Shown in pieces: positions 1-15,888 of a DNA stretch of 64,000 bases. Below the pieces are notes generated by a model. That model searched no databases, had not been told where the DNA came from, and saw nothing but the letters and a program-made list of their open reading frames with translations. How positions within the stretch are numbered: the stretch's first letter is position 1; each line of letters begins with the position of its first letter. The position numbers were made by a program, and so were the translations under genes. The stretch covers positions 18,600,001 through 18,664,000 of the forward strand of contig OX597831.1 in assembly GCA_951406725.2 (NCBI GenBank), written 5' to 3'. This DNA is from Octopus vulgaris (lineage: Eukaryota).

Positions 1-432
1 ATATACATATATACATATATATATGTATGCATACGTGTGTGTGAGTATGCATATGTATACAAAACCAAACATCAGGAGCTATGAGGCGTGACAGTACTAA
101 TGTTGATAACTGATATGATTAGTATTACGGTAGTGCTTTTACGTAGTAATACGTATAGTGTGGAATAAATTAGGTTTACGTGATTGCTTTCATATGTATG
201 GTTTATTCACAAAGCAATACAAATATAGAAGGTTAGGTTATAAGTTCAACTTGCAAGCATAATTACTTACACAATAAAATTATAAACATAGGAACAAGGC
301 TGAGAAACGACCGTAGTCGTAATGTTGTCAAGTGGTTAAATAAATATATATATACCTTTCATACTTGGTAAAATGACTGAAACAGGTAAAAGTATATATA
401 TATACTATATATATATATATGCATATTTATAT

Positions 433-476
<44 letters not shown>

Positions 477-565
477 TTATATATAATTTATATTTGTACA
501 TTGTTTTCATATATATATATATATATATATGTACACACTATATAAATATAAATTATATATATATA

Positions 566-940
566 CTTTTATCTGTTTCAGTCATTTCACTGTGGCCATG
601 ATGGAGCATCACTCTTAGTCGAAATAATCGCCCGCAGGACTTGTTCTTTATACGCAAACAACTTATTCTATCGATATCATTTACCGAACCGCTATGTTCG
701 CGGAAGTAAACACCAATATGGGTTGTTGAACAATCGTGGGGTGACTAACATAGACACAAAGATAAACACACACACACACACACTCACACACACATATACG
801 ACATGGAAATCCACTCACAAGGTTTTGGTCGGCCCGAAGCTATAGTAGAAGATACTTGCCCAAGGGGACATGCAGTGGGTCTGAACCCGTAATTATGTGA
901 TTGGGAAGCAGGTTTATTACCACACGGCCACGCCTGCGCC
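566..940 (-). mobile_element. tRNA-derived SINE (family 1), degenerate
   Basis: The reverse complement starts GGCGCAGGCGTGGCCGTGTGG, has a B-box-like GGTTCAGACCC and ends ATGACTGAAACAG. It is homologous to 1070-1468. Confidence 0.8.
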
Positions 941-957
941 TAAATATAAATATAAGT

Positions 958-1468
<511 letters not shown>

Positions 1469-1797
1469 TATAATGTACGAGGAATGAGATGTATAAGGGA
1501 AATATTTTCATATATTGACAGGTAAACCAGTATACAGATTAAGGTAAACGAAATTCAACAATTGTGATAGAAAAACTTACCAAATAAAAGGATAAATACA
1601 GGGAGCGAAAATAGCCTCATACCGGTTACAGGGTAAAACAACGTTTAGTGCGGAAATTTCTATATTCAAGATGCTGAGCTAAAGAGACTGCATGATATAG
1701 CAGATGTTTTTCTGGTATAAATCAATCTATGTATGTGACATGTATATATGTGTATATATAACGGGAAGCTTTATGAAAATAAACAAAAGACGAAGGC

Positions 1798-1837
<40 letters not shown>

Positions 1838-1945
1838 GTTTGTGTGTGCGTGTGCGTGTGTGTGCGTGTATGTGCGTGTATGTATGTATTCACGCATATT
1901 ATGTATATTAAGTACACACATAACGCGCGCACACACACACAAGCG

Positions 1946-2010
<65 letters not shown>

Positions 2011-2568
2011 TAGCATATTAGGTATATTACTTCAAATCTGATTTCCCTTGGCCGACATTTTTACAAATCCTGTAAGCATATATATACATATATTCGACTG
2101 AAAATCATATTAGTGCTACTTTGTAGTACGTCAAAGAGTATCGTTTAATATCTGAAATTCTTATTGTACGAGTAACGCTAATTGGATGATTGTAAAATTT
2201 ATGTACGGGTGAAATGAATTCATCTTTTAAGAGCAATATATTCGGGACACATAAAACAGATAATGAGTAGATGCAGGACGATTCTTCACAAGGCTGGGAC
2301 CACCATAAAGTTAGGTGCTTTGTGCAGTTGGAAGAAAATATTGCGTAGACGTCATACATTTCTAACTATGAAACACTATAACTCCAAACAATGTCGAATA
2401 ACTTTTACAAGTAATAAATATTACACTCATAATTTAAATTAGTTCTTATGCATGCATGTCATTTGTTACTATATATTTCATAGGTTGAGACATCAAGAAA
2501 TGTTCATCATTTTGTAACATCCGGCTAATCGTGTCTCAGAATGAGATACATACATATCACGTGTGCAT

Positions 2569-2648
<80 letters not shown>

Positions 2649-3364
2649 CCAGAAAGTGGGTGTTTGGCAAGGCGTGACTGAGGGAGAACTATTGAGAGAA
2701 AGCGAGTGATATATTCATGTCTATAGCGAAAAAAGATATATATATATCAATGTAAATCGATATTGTATCAACAGTAAGCGCATTAATGAAAATACAAAGT
2801 GATTAAACGATTATATAGATATCAATAATGAGAATATGATTGACTATTGATATTTTCTGTGTATTCGTGTTCCTTAAGTTTTCATGTAGCATTTTCATGT
2901 ATGATAAAACATGATGCAACATACGTTTGAAATTTACTGAAGTACCATTTAATGTATCAACGATGATTTATTGAAACGATTTTTCTTCGCTAATGATTAA
3001 CATGACACAGCAATGACATCTGCGTGATTTAAGCATGTTACATGTGTTTTGACAATGTATTTTTAAGTATTAAAAAAATGTAATTCTTCAAACTGTCACT
3101 TTTTATATGAATATATTTTGTATTAGTTCTGATTAGTGAATGGGTATCAAGTCTTGTGCATAGCATAAAAATACATACTGACAGTAATAGCCACATGTAA
3201 ACGACAAACATATGCATATAAAACCCAGAGACACACACACTGAACAAGATACATACATACATACATACGCTTTATCTTTTATTAAACTTTTAATACTTTT
3301 GATAAAAAAATATAAATAAATAAATTAATTAATTAATTAATTAATAAAATAATATATAAACATA

Positions 3365-3423
<59 letters not shown>

Positions 3424-3576
3424 ATATATATAAATTTGAAATTTATAAGTTTAATTTATTTAAATAATTTTTTAATTTTAATTTTTATATTTTAAAATTA
3501 ATTTTATGTATTGGCTTATGTTTTTCACTGTTTGATTTGCCTAATATTGGTTTTATCTCTAATTTAATATAATATA

Positions 3577-3635
<59 letters not shown>

Positions 3636-4293
3636 ATGTATGTATGTATGTATGTGTGTGTGTATATTTCGTTCTGGGATTTGGTTTGCAAGATTCTTTA
3701 TGTGAGTTCGTGTGTTGAAGCATATCCTGTTGTGTCCGGGGAGAGCCATTCTCTTTCGGTGCCTTATAAATTAACACGCCCACCGGTAAACTTTCCACAT
3801 TTCTTTTTTATTTTTCTAAAGTTTTCGTTGCGTCTTCCAGACTTTTCAATTTTAAGGGAGAGGGTGGGAGGTTGGTTGGGGAGGGGGAAGGAAGCACTAT
3901 GTGGAATGAAAATAGCAAACATTCCTTTGCTACTCACAAAATAGAAAATGTCAGAAAGACAGGTCAGTTCCTCTCCACTTTTTGGTAAATTCTTAAACAT
4001 ATCTCCTTCTGTGTATATATTTAAATATATATACTACCAAACAAACATCATTTTATTGAACTCATAATACTTTTTTGAGTACTGTCTTAAATTCTTTCTT
4101 GTAAACTGATTTTCAACATTTTTATATTATTATCAAATAATGTATAACTCTATTTTAATACTTTTGCGATAACCAGTACTTAACACAACAGAGTTTATAC
4201 AAGCATTTACATTTTAGCTTTGACAATCTTTTTCTAAAAGAGTGAAAACGGTCAAGTCATTAAACATCTTTAAAATTGGATTTTCAAACCTTC

Positions 4294-4357
<64 letters not shown>

Positions 4358-5082
4358 ATGTGTGTGTGTATGTGTGTATACAGAGAGAGACCATTTATTT
4401 ATATGTTTTACTCATTAGAATGCAGCCGAATTGAACGAACTACGTATCGAACAAGTGCGTTAGAGTTTTGTCTCTATATATTGGAAGAGCATTCAGTTTC
4501 ACACATGTTCACTATCAGACTGCAGAAACTATTTTTGGCTATATTAGAAAAGAATCTTCCCATTTGGGTTGGGAAAATGTTTAGGCATGGGCACATCAGT
4601 ATCGAAACTGATTTGGAAACAGAAGCGCAAGTTCGGTGAACTTTTCATTATTAGATGGCTGATGATTCAACGGGAAGAACCCTAATAATAAATGCTAGCT
4701 TTGTTTTTACACATACTTTGATGATTATGGCTTCTAAGTATAGCATTGTAAATCGCTTTGATGAACTCATAATATGATGTAAACATAAATTATGTAAAAC
4801 ATTGTTCCGTAACAAACTCAAATTTTCATCGTAATAACCTTAATCAGTCCAAATTAGAGACGCTTTGAACAATTTAACGATTTTTATTTTTACTTCGTCA
4901 GATTTACCTCGACGCTGTATTCACTATTATCTCTAATTTGCTATATTATTTGTCATAGTGGTAATTACTACAATATATTTCACCTAAGAATTTAATTAGG
5001 AGTTTACAGACAACAGTCTTTGCGTAAACCACCTAGCTGTCTTAACATTTTTTCTTTAAATATTGATTAAAAGTGTATAAAA

Positions 5083-5133
<51 letters not shown>

Positions 5134-5144
5134 CACACACGCAG

Positions 5145-5203
<59 letters not shown>

Positions 5204-6138
5204 AGGGTGTATTTTAACCTTGTTAACAATTAACACGGAAAAAATAAATAGTTACCAGGGTAGCAAAATTCTCACAAGTAAAGATGTAACTCCTTGTTTA
5301 TAAAGGTAGAAACTTCGTGTCTACGTTGAATATTTTGAATAATATATGAATAAATAAATGGAGTTTAACGCAGGTGTAATCAAATATTTTTACTTTCGAC
5401 ACATGTTTCGAAAATTCCACTGATACTATTCAAAAGAATAAATGGTATAAACAATGCAATCTCCTCCTCGGGAAAGTGAAAAAAACCAAACTCGTCAATA
5501 AGGATTTGTATAGCGATTGACAGAACGCTATTAATACTGTTTAAAAAAAACCTTATATGATATAACGTCATAAGTAGCTAACAGAAACAGTAGGGATATT
5601 AATAGTGAATGTTAAATATAAAGGAAATTAAAGTTTAATTATATATAATGATACAGACTATTTATATGCACTAAATGTGTGTTTTTGCCAATGCTTACAT
5701 CTGTATGCTCGCTCTATAACCGTGTTTACTAGAGTATTTTTAGAAAAAATAATGAAAAATAGCTCAGAATTGCAGAGAAGACAGAATTCCTCGCCTTTGT
5801 CATAAGGTATCGAAATTGAGAGAATCAACCATTCTAAATGAAATCGTTCATTGTGGTCTTTTAAATCCCAAATCAGTATGCTGAGACCGGTACTATTCCG
5901 TTTATTTCTATCCCTAAATGTTGAGTAATGGATAGAAATTCTTTTAGATAATTCTAACTATGTGCTTCCAATGTAAAATCGTACATTATTACGAGTACTG
6001 ATTATACACTGGTATATAGAATTTTAATCTTAGAGTTACTTGACATAAACTTAATTCTATTGGAATTGACTTCAGATACAATAAACATGTTATTAATATT
6101 TCTAGAGTGTTGGATGGTATTAGCTAAATCAATGTTAG

Positions 6139-7990
6139 TATTATGCCGAGGTCACGCAGTTTGTGGCGTATCATACCATGATCCATCTTGTCAAAAGCTT
6201 TTGCAAAATCAAGGTAGATTACGTCCACATTTGATTTGTTGAGTAACTGCCCCAACACTCAGTCATAATGTTGTAAGAGCTGGGTCAGGCAGCTCCTATC
6301 TAGTCGAAAACCATGCTGGGTATCACTGGGTATTACTTTTGGCCCAAATATAGACAGCTCTATTATGTTGTGATCCGAAACTAATGTCAGTGTCACTTTC
6401 ACATCATGAATGATGTCCATATTGTTCGTGAAGCAGAGATCCAGAATGCTATTCGCCCTAGTTGGTTTGAGTACAACTTGCTCCATGAATAAGGCGTTAG
6501 TGAGGTTGAGCAGGGACTCCACCTGTACTTGCTTGCAATGGTTCATTCATGAGAGTATAAGACCTTCAGGCCATTTGACGTTGGGGAAGTTGAAATACCC
6601 CATAAGAAATATGGTCACGTGGTGTTCCAGATTCATGAGGATTTCTTTAATTCTTGTGTGGCAATCTTCAAACTTGCCTATATGATTTGGGGCATCCGGT
6701 GGGCAATATGTATTGCATATGACTATATTATGTTATCTTATGTATACAATTAGAGTGTCACATACCGAATTTGAGTGTGTAATTAAGACCTGGGAGGTGA
6801 GGTCATCTCGGATGTATACAGCAACTCCACCATGGCTCCTTTCCCTTCTGTCTGTTCGCAGTATGGCATAGTTTGGTATGTGTACTTCTGCGTCTTCTAT
6901 ATCAGGGCTGAGGTGAGTTTCCACGAGAGCTATGCATAGGGCTTGATTGCATGCAGTAAGAACTCTCAGGAAAGGAATTTTGTTTCTACTCTAATGCAAC
7001 AGACCCCCAAAATTTAGTAAAAGTATTGGGGTGATGGCTGTGCAGGCGTTAGGGGAGGCCATCCCGTGTCTGTTGACTGTGGTGGTCTTGCATAGTGGTG
7101 GGCAGGATTCCTTCTCAGTGCTCGGTCTAGCAAGGTTAGCTGCCGGACAATTCTTTGTGCCATGCATAAAAAGACTCTTGCTCAGCTGCTGCGTTGCGCA
7201 GAACATCTGAGGTGCGCACTTCTTTTTGAAAGTTTTCCTGGGAGACATTTCTTGCCTTCCCCCAGTAAAGCTGTTTTCTTTGAGACCCTGAAGGCGGGAT
7301 GTCGGGTGGGCGAACCGGCAGTTTTTGCCGTCCTCCCCATGCCAACAATTGCCCCGCAGGTAGAAGTTACAGGTTCTTCGGTGCCTTCCAGATTTCTTAT
7401 TTCCTGAAGTGTACTGGGTTGCATTGGATCCTCCATGGGGTTCTCTGCTGTTTGTGTGGTGGGTTGGGGTCTCAGCTTTGGTTGTTTTGCCTTTTCTTCC
7501 CTTTCCCTCCTTATTTTTGCTTTCGGTCCTTCCTTTTTTCTTCTGTTTTTCTAATTTCTCATTTTATTGTAGGACCACTGGTACAGGGGGGCTTCCGCTG
7601 TCTCCTCCCTTGGCTCCCCTATCCTTCACTACCTCGTCGTTCACTGAGGTAGGTGATCCATTTTCGTGAGGATCACTTGGATCGCAGAGACATCCGGCTT
7701 CCTTCTCTTTTTCGTCCTCTTCATCCTCATCAACCTTGCCACAATAATTTTCAATTATGTTATCCAATGTTTTGATGCGTGGTTTTATAAGCATGTAAGA
7801 CCGGATAAATTCACCTTTCTTTCGCTCTATTTGGTCAATGGTTCTATGAAATCCATTGTTCTTTAGCGCGGCAGTGATGATGCTGTTCGGCGGATCGCCA
7901 CTAGCAATTGTCCACGCTCTTAGCAGAAGATTTAACTCTTTCTTTTCCCACCTTGGTGCCATCTTCGTTTTGAAGTCCAGAGAGGGAGCA
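6139..7990 (-). mobile_element. CR1-group LINE remnant: ORF1 region, APE endonuclease and a short RT piece; internally deleted and 3'-truncated
   Basis: APE motifs ETHL..RTDR..GGVAVY (6733-6924) and PTR..ILDL..SDHN (to about 6335) are fused directly to RT sequence [36 protein letters not shown]. Stops and frameshifts are present. Confidence 0.9.
7564..7962 (-). pseudogene. Putative LINE ORF1 N-terminus with a Myb/SANT-like motif
   Basis: MAPRWEKKELNLLLRAW...IITAALKNNGFHRTIDQIERKK lies upstream of, and co-oriented with, the APE domain. Confidence 0.5.
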
Positions 7991-7994
7991 GAGG

Positions 7995-8610
7995 CTAGAC
8001 AGGTAATAAGGGATAGAGAGAGGTAGAGACGGAGAAACACAGAGGGGGAATAGGGAAAGAGAGGGGGAGATAGGAAAGAAAGAGAGAGGTGCTATGAAAG
8101 AAATCGGGAGGGTGATAGGAGGAAAGCAAGAGATAGAGAAAGGTAGGGGAAGGGGAGGGGAATAGAAAAAGTGACAGAGTGAAGGAGAAGAGAGGAAGAG
8201 AAAGAGAAGCAGAGTGAAGGAGAGGAGTGTAAGAGAAAGAGAGGCAGAGTGAAGGAGAGGAGGGGAAGAGAAAGAAAAACAGAGGCGAGGAGAGGATAGC
8301 AAGAGAAAGAGAGACATGATGAAGGATGTGAGAGAGAGGCAGAGACGGAGTGAGAAGAATGGGTGAATGAGAAGTATATGAGAGAGAGTGTGAGGTGACG
8401 AGAGGAGAGGTAGATGTGAGATGGAAAGGAAAGAGAAATGAGAGAAGAGGAGGATATGAAAGGGGGGGGGAGAGAGATGAGAAAAAGAGTAAGGTATGCA
8501 AGAGAGAGGGAAAAGGTAAGCGTAAAGAGAGATAAAGGAAGGGAGAAAGGAGCTGGAAGTGGGGGAGTATATGTAAGGGAGGAGAGAGGAGTTAGAAGAG
8601 GGTGAGGAAA
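7995..8610. repeat. GA-rich polypurine low-complexity tract
   Basis: About 600 bp almost purely G/A on the + strand. Confidence 0.9.
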
Positions 8611-9590
8611 TGAATGAATTATTTAATTCTAAACTAATTACGATTATATTTCTCAGTCGTTAGCTTAAATTACAGGAAAATAAACAAATGAAAAGGATTT
8701 TTAAATATTAGTTTTATAGAGATAGAAGGAATTTACGGTAAAATTATGATTATTATATTTCCAGCTCAGTCGTAGCTCACAGGAAAATAAACATACGAAA
8801 AGAATTTCTAAATGTTAGTTTTATAGAGATGAAATGAAAGATAGATTGAAAGCGAAACAGAAATTGAAAGAAAGTTATTCTTAGAATGTAAACAAAGATG
8901 GCGTCGTAAATCGTAACTGAGACGTTAGCTTACATTAAAGGAACATAAAAAATAATAAACAAAAATATGAAAACGATACTTATCGTAAAGGGTACAGTCC
9001 AAACATCCGTGCTTGTACGAAGAAGTGTTCTTTCAAAACAGAAAAGAGAACAATTCTTTTTCCTTCTTACATTTGGTTGGAGATAAGTTAAAGATTTGCC
9101 ACCACGTGCTTTTTCGGCGAAGAATCTAGCATGCGTAACTAATTTTAATGTATTATATTTGGCTTCAAGCGAAATATATTACGTTTCTAATTATTATATT
9201 TTTAATTAATGTATTTTAGTAGATCATTATGAGTTAACAAATTCTACGTTTTGTTAGTTTTAGTAGATTATTTATTTTTTTATTTAATGATATATAATTA
9301 TTTAATTATTTATTTAATAATATTATTTTGTTATTTTATTTTTTATTTCATAATATTATTTAATTATTTAAATTTTCATTTGATAATATTACTTCATTAT
9401 TTAATTATTCATTTAATAATATATATATTATTTATTTGCTACGTATTGGTTTATGTCTCTCACATTTTGAGTTACATAATAGTTGTTTTATCTCTAATTC
9501 ATGTTTTATATATTTATATTGTGAAATTTGATTTAATACGGAATCAAATTTTCCCTGTAAGTTTGGAGCTATACTCCCTAATATTATATT

Positions 9591-9653
<63 letters not shown>

Positions 9654-10097
9654 GTCTATTTCTTTCTGAGTCATTGCATATATATACATATAATATCTCT
9701 CGGGAAGAGACACATTATGCTTTATCCCACTTTACAATTCAATTTGCTTTCATTTTCTCCCCTTTTTTATTCCATGCTCGCACTTGATTATTATCATTTT
9801 TGCTCGTTGTTTTAAGCATATGTCCTAACTAATGTTTTCACATACAATTTTTTTTTTCCTTTCTGACAGACTTTTTTTTTGGGCGGGGACGTGATTTAAA
9901 TTGCTGTACACCTCATTCTAGCTTTTTGAAATTTTTACTCTCATTTCATAGATGAATAAATTTAATGTAGTTTTGCAGTATAAACAGATGCATTCTGTGT
10001 TTGGAAGGGTACATCAGCGTATGCAAGCACGAGCATGCAAAAATCGATATGCATGTATACACCTATATGCATATCGGTACCTAACTACCTATGTACC

Positions 10098-10200
<103 letters not shown>

Positions 10201-10269
10201 ATGTGTGTGTGTGTGTGCGTGCGTGCGTGCTTGCGTGGGACCGTGTAGGTGTAAATATTTACATATACG

Positions 10270-10622
10270 TTTTTCTACTCTAGCCATGAACCCCAAAATC
10301 ATTGGGGAGGACGACAGTCGAATAGACCAACCCCTGTACACATGTGGTACTTAATTCGTCGACTGGCGGAAATACAGTGAGACGAAATACCTATTTCTTT
10401 ACTGCCCACAAGAGGCTAAACCCAGAGAGGACGAACAAAGACAGACAAACGGATAAATTCGATTATATCGACCTCAGTGCGTAACTGGTACTTATTTAAT
10501 CGACCTCGAAAGTATGAAAGGTAAAGTCGACATAAGCGGTACTTCAACTCAGTACGTAGCGGCAGACGAAATACCGATAAGCATTTCGCCTCGCGTGCTA
10601 CCGTTTCCTCTAGCTCGCCGCC
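10270..10622 (-). mobile_element. tRNA-derived SINE (family 2, Meta/MESC-like core), dimeric
   Basis: The reverse complement has the head GGCGGCGAGCTAG..GAGTTGAAGT and a core resembling CCTTTCATCCTTTCGGGGTCGATTAAATAAGTACCAG. It matches 21000-21553 and 41050-41363. Confidence 0.8.
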
Positions 10623-11854
10623 CTAATAAATAAATATACTGACTTGCTTTGTAATATGTTTTTATATGTTCGTTATTTTGTTTAGTATGAATGAATGTGT
10701 TTATATTAACACGTGTCTTATGTCTGTGGGTTTATGCCTCAGCCTTTATATATAAATATATGCGTGTGTGTGTGTGTGTGTGTATGTGTGTGTGTGTGTG
10801 TGCGTGTGCGCGTATTCATATCAATATTGTGCTCATGTGTGCATGTTTGGATTTTTTATATAGTGACCTCTATGTATGTGAATCCGAGATAATAAGTAAT
10901 TTTAAATGGCACTATTTTTATTTATTTTTATTCTTTCTTTCCTCGCCTGCCTTTGCTTCTTTCCAACGCCTCCCTAAATAATTGTCATACCATCTTGTAT
11001 TCTGACTTTTTGCCAATGCTCGCTTTTGTCATCTTTTCGGTCATATATTTAAAATGTTAGTCCCCCACGGATTATCTAACGCCAACACATACAATTTTGT
11101 ATTTAGATAAATAGCTGAACTTCAAGAAACCACATATCTTTCTACCACGCTGAAGATAATCGCTGAGTGGGCATACGTTCGGATTGTTAAACGACTCCCA
11201 TTAACACTCCGTTTCAACTTGTAAAATTTAGAATGTTGTAGAATGTTTTCCTGGGGAAATTCATTATGGCAATGCATGAGAAAGGAAGCTGAAAAATAAC
11301 TTTACACTCAAGGTTATATATATATATATATATAATTGATATTAATATTAGGGAAGTTATTTCCGAGTCCACAGGGGAGAGAAGTTCAATTTAGTGGTAC
11401 TACAATGTATTTATAATGTAAAGTATATGATTTGAAAGAAGAATCGAAGGTATTAATTTTAATATATTGGATTAAGAATTGCAGGTATTAATTTTATAAT
11501 TTTAATATTTTGTCCTATATGTACCTATTGTGGATAATGTCGTTCACTGAAGAATGAGTTGCTTGACGGTGATTCTGCCGCTTAAACATATATATATATA
11601 TATATATTTATATCATCATGTGTCTTGTTTATATTCGGTTTTGGTTCGCACGTTGTTGTTGCCAGTATTTTGTTGACTATAATGATATGCAACCGCACCA
11701 GGAGTTGCAATCCCACCCTCTAGGGCTCGATGCAAGATGTGTCGAAACAACCGTTGTGATAAATTAAGTTTCTTTGAGTCCATTTTACATTTATGTCTTT
11801 CGTTATAAACTCAACGAATCCAGTGGATTTCCTGAGTTATATGCATATCCAAAG

Positions 11855-11888
<34 letters not shown>

Positions 11889-11992
11889 GTTAATCCAAAC
11901 AAGAAAACACAGAAAAAAAGAAAAAACACAGCAACGCAGGACGTGGAACAATTAAAGTATTATTGACGCTCAGGAAAGAAGGGAAGGAGGGT

Positions 11993-12022
11993 TTAACGTT
12001 TCGAGCGGAGCATTCGTCGGAA
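11993..12022 (-). ncRNA. Degenerate minimal type I hammerhead motif in a Penelope-like pLTR fragment (about 11889-12036)
   Basis: TT CCGACGA A TGC TCC GCTC GAAA CG TT AA. It is related to 63072-63109 and shares the downstream TTTCCTGAGCG. Confidence 0.5.
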
Positions 12023-12038
12023 GCAAGGAGAAGGAAAT

Positions 12039-12099
<61 letters not shown>

Positions 12100-12454
12100 G
12101 ATATACAGATGTATTACGTATGTATATGTGTGTATGCATCTATATGTGTGTATACATAACATTTCGCTTGATTGTGTTTCTGTGTAGGGGATAATAGACA
12201 CAGAAATGGCTTTAATAATTTTGCCACACATTCTAAGAATTCTAAGAGCGCGCCTGTCCCTTATTCAAATGCAAAGTCAAACATCCTTGGCAGAAAGTGG
12301 TGAGCCGGTAGTATTGATTCTTGTACTGGGGGGGGGGTATTCTTTCAATCTCAAGCATGATTTTTCATGGGTTTTGAACTAACTACGGAAACAGCTGAAA
12401 TAAATACCGGGAAACATTTTTGTCCGACGCAGTATCCAATGTCCAGCTGATTAC

Positions 12455-12456
<2 letters not shown>

Positions 12457-12537
<81 letters not shown>
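12457..12537. repeat. (TAG)n microsatellite
   Basis: Perfect trinucleotide array. Confidence 0.95.
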
Positions 12538-12683
12538 ATTGTTATTGTTGTAGTGATGCAGGATGAGGAGAATGTAACTACATAAAAGAATCAGTAGAAG
12601 AAAACAGAAAATAAGAGGAACAGAAGGAAACAAAAGAAAGGCAGAAAGAAAATAGATAGATAGACAGATGGACACACATACAT

Positions 12684-12715
<32 letters not shown>

Positions 12716-12728
12716 GCAGAGAGACGGG

Positions 12729-12780
<52 letters not shown>

Positions 12781-13242
12781 CAGAAGGATGGGAGCAAGCG
12801 ATGAAGGAAAACAAGAAATAAGAAGAAAAATAAGAGGAAGAGGAGGGAGGAGGAGGAGGGGGAGGAAACAAATTATAATGGAAATCTGAAATGATGGAGC
12901 TTGTTTGTCATTGTTTTAGATGGAGGTTAGTTTGGGGTTAATATGTTTTGTTGTTGTGTTGCTTCTCGTAGCCATTTCTGCTTCCATCGCTGCAGCTGTT
13001 GTTGTTGTCTTCTTACCTGAAATTGTTGCTGTCATTCAAGTGTTATGCTCTATGATGGCATTTCCGCCGTTAAGTATTATTGCAGCAGAGAATGTGCAAT
13101 GGAATTTCGTTTGAGTGTGTGTGAGTGTCTATGTGTGTGTGTGTGAGAGAGATTTTCTTTCACTCTGATCGCCTATCTTGCTGTTCAGTTCATAAGAATT
13201 TTGCACTTTTCACTTTCATTCTGTTTTGTTATTTGCCTTTAC

Positions 13243-13291
<49 letters not shown>

Positions 13292-13302
13292 TATATAGAA
13301 GG

Positions 13303-13353
13303 AGCTTCTACAGGACTAGAACTGTTTCATTCAAAAGAAATCATCAGGAAGCT
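13303..13353 (-). ncRNA. Type I hammerhead ribozyme with intact core
   Basis: AGCTTC-CTGATGA-TTTC TTTT GAAT-GAAA-CAG TTCTAGTC CTG-TA-GAAGCT: 6-bp helix I, helix II, helix III and a GUA cleavage triplet. Confidence 0.85.
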
Positions 13354-13563
13354 AGTAGACAAGAGTTGTTTTGTAATTTATACATTTAGGCAGGTTTAAA
13401 TGGGTGGTGGTGGGGGACTTTTTTGGGGGTAGGCATGGCGCAAAACTATCATTATTAGGGGAGTGGTCAAAGGAATCGGTGGTAAAGTAGATAAAAGAAT
13501 AAATAAAAGAATAAATAGAAAAATAGAGTTTTAGGCAAGTAAGGAGACTCTCACTTGTACATC

Positions 13564-13598
<35 letters not shown>

Positions 13599-14667
13599 CC
13601 ACATATTCACATATATCTATATATATACATACATACACATATATACATACATATATATATACATACATACATATACATATATATATATATATACATATAT
13701 ATACATATATATACACATACCCATGTACATACACACAAATACACATATACATACATATATATACATATATGTGTATACACACTCGCACATAAATATACAT
13801 ACACACATATATACACATGCATATACATGCACACACATACACACACATTTTTCTTCCCTTATTTTAATTTTATTATTACTTTTGTTTATATCTTTATTTT
13901 CATCTTGACCTCGGTCAGCCGGTCTCAAGGGATGGTCTAAAGAGTCCATTTATCTATCTACTCACTGATACGAACGCAAACACTCACTCACGCCCACACA
14001 CTCACACGTACACTCATACCCATACACACACGAACGTGTTATATTCATACATACATACATCTACATACAATCACGTACATTCACATACGTACACGTACCT
14101 ACTGATTCATATCTACACGCATACACATACATACCTCAATACACCCACAGAAGACTAGTCCATACATATACACTAATAAATATATATACACATATACACA
14201 TACACATACATACACATACATACATATACATATATATATACATATATATACATATACATATACATACACATATACATTCATACATATATACACATACACA
14301 CATATACATATATATATATATGCGTACACATACACACACACACACGCGCATCTATATATACACATAAGTACATACATGCATAAATGTATACATATGTTTA
14401 TACATATGCATACACATCCACACAAACACGCGCCTCCTTATGTTCATAAATACATACATGCATACAGACATATACGTATATACATACATGCATGCATACT
14501 CAAATAATAATAATAAATATATATATACGTGCAGTTACCCATTATACAGACGGATACATACATATAAACATACACATATATACCTATTTGCACATATGTA
14601 TATATACATACGTACATACATACACACATAACTCTACATACCTACGTATACATAAACACACAAGCGT

Positions 14668-14712
<45 letters not shown>

Positions 14713-14781
14713 TACATATATACACACATACACATATATACATTTACACACACATTTACACATATATATACACATACATAT

Positions 14782-14826
<45 letters not shown>

Positions 14827-15218
14827 AGCACATACATGCATAAATGTATACATATGTTTATACAAATGCATACACATACACACACTCACGCGCCTCCTTA
14901 TATACATAAATACATACATGCATACAAACGCATACTCATGTAATAAATAATGAATAATAAATAATAAATATATATACACATGCAGTTACCCTTTATACAG
15001 ACGGAAACATACATATGAACATACACGTATATACCTACTTACACATATGTATATATACATACATACATGCACATACACATAACTCTACATACTTGCATAT
15101 ACATAAACACACGAGCGTACACATATATATATATACATATATATACATACACATACATACACACATATATACACATATATATATATACATATACATACAT
15201 ACACATACATATACATAC

Positions 15219-15251
<33 letters not shown>

Positions 15252-15484
15252 AAATATATAAAAAACCACACACATACACATACACATGTACATACACATA
15301 CACATACATATACACGCACTCATATACATGCGTATATTCCTACTAACACCCATTCATTTCTATGCATATATACAATACATATATACAAGTGTACATATAC
15401 AATATGTGAATAGTCTTAGGAGGAAAGTTAATCGGGGGTGCTGGGGGAACGGTGGGGTTGGGGGGTTTTGTGGGTGGGGTGTCG

Positions 15485-15640
15485 TCAATCGGGTTGCCGG
15501 GTGGGTCTATAGTTCTTGTAGTTTGCATAAATTTTATGCATGCAATTTGGGGAGTGTTCTGAGATCAAGTTGAGGAGATGGCCTTTGGCGAACAAGATCT
15601 CTAGGCTCCCGGAAATGCAAAGGTCACAGCAGGTATGGCC
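15485..15640 (-). pseudogene. C-terminal fragment of a Penelope-like GIY-YIG endonuclease
   Basis: GHTCCDLCISGSLEILFAKGHLLNLISEHSPNCMHKIYANYKNYRPTRQPD* matches the PLE C-x-LC...LLN..SE....C-x-H tail. Confidence 0.75.
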
Positions 15641-15742
15641 TCCTGTAGTCCTGTAGAAGCTCCTTCTATATAATAAATTAATTTACTCTGCTATGTATTG
15701 AGTACCTTATTTACTGTGGTTAACCCCGACTCAACCGGGACC

Positions 15743-15888
<146 letters not shown>

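Noticed and set aside
4647-4690. CTGATGA-TTC..GAA-GAAC hammerhead-like string
   Set aside because: It has GAAC instead of GAAA and no properly placed helix I or cleavage triplet.
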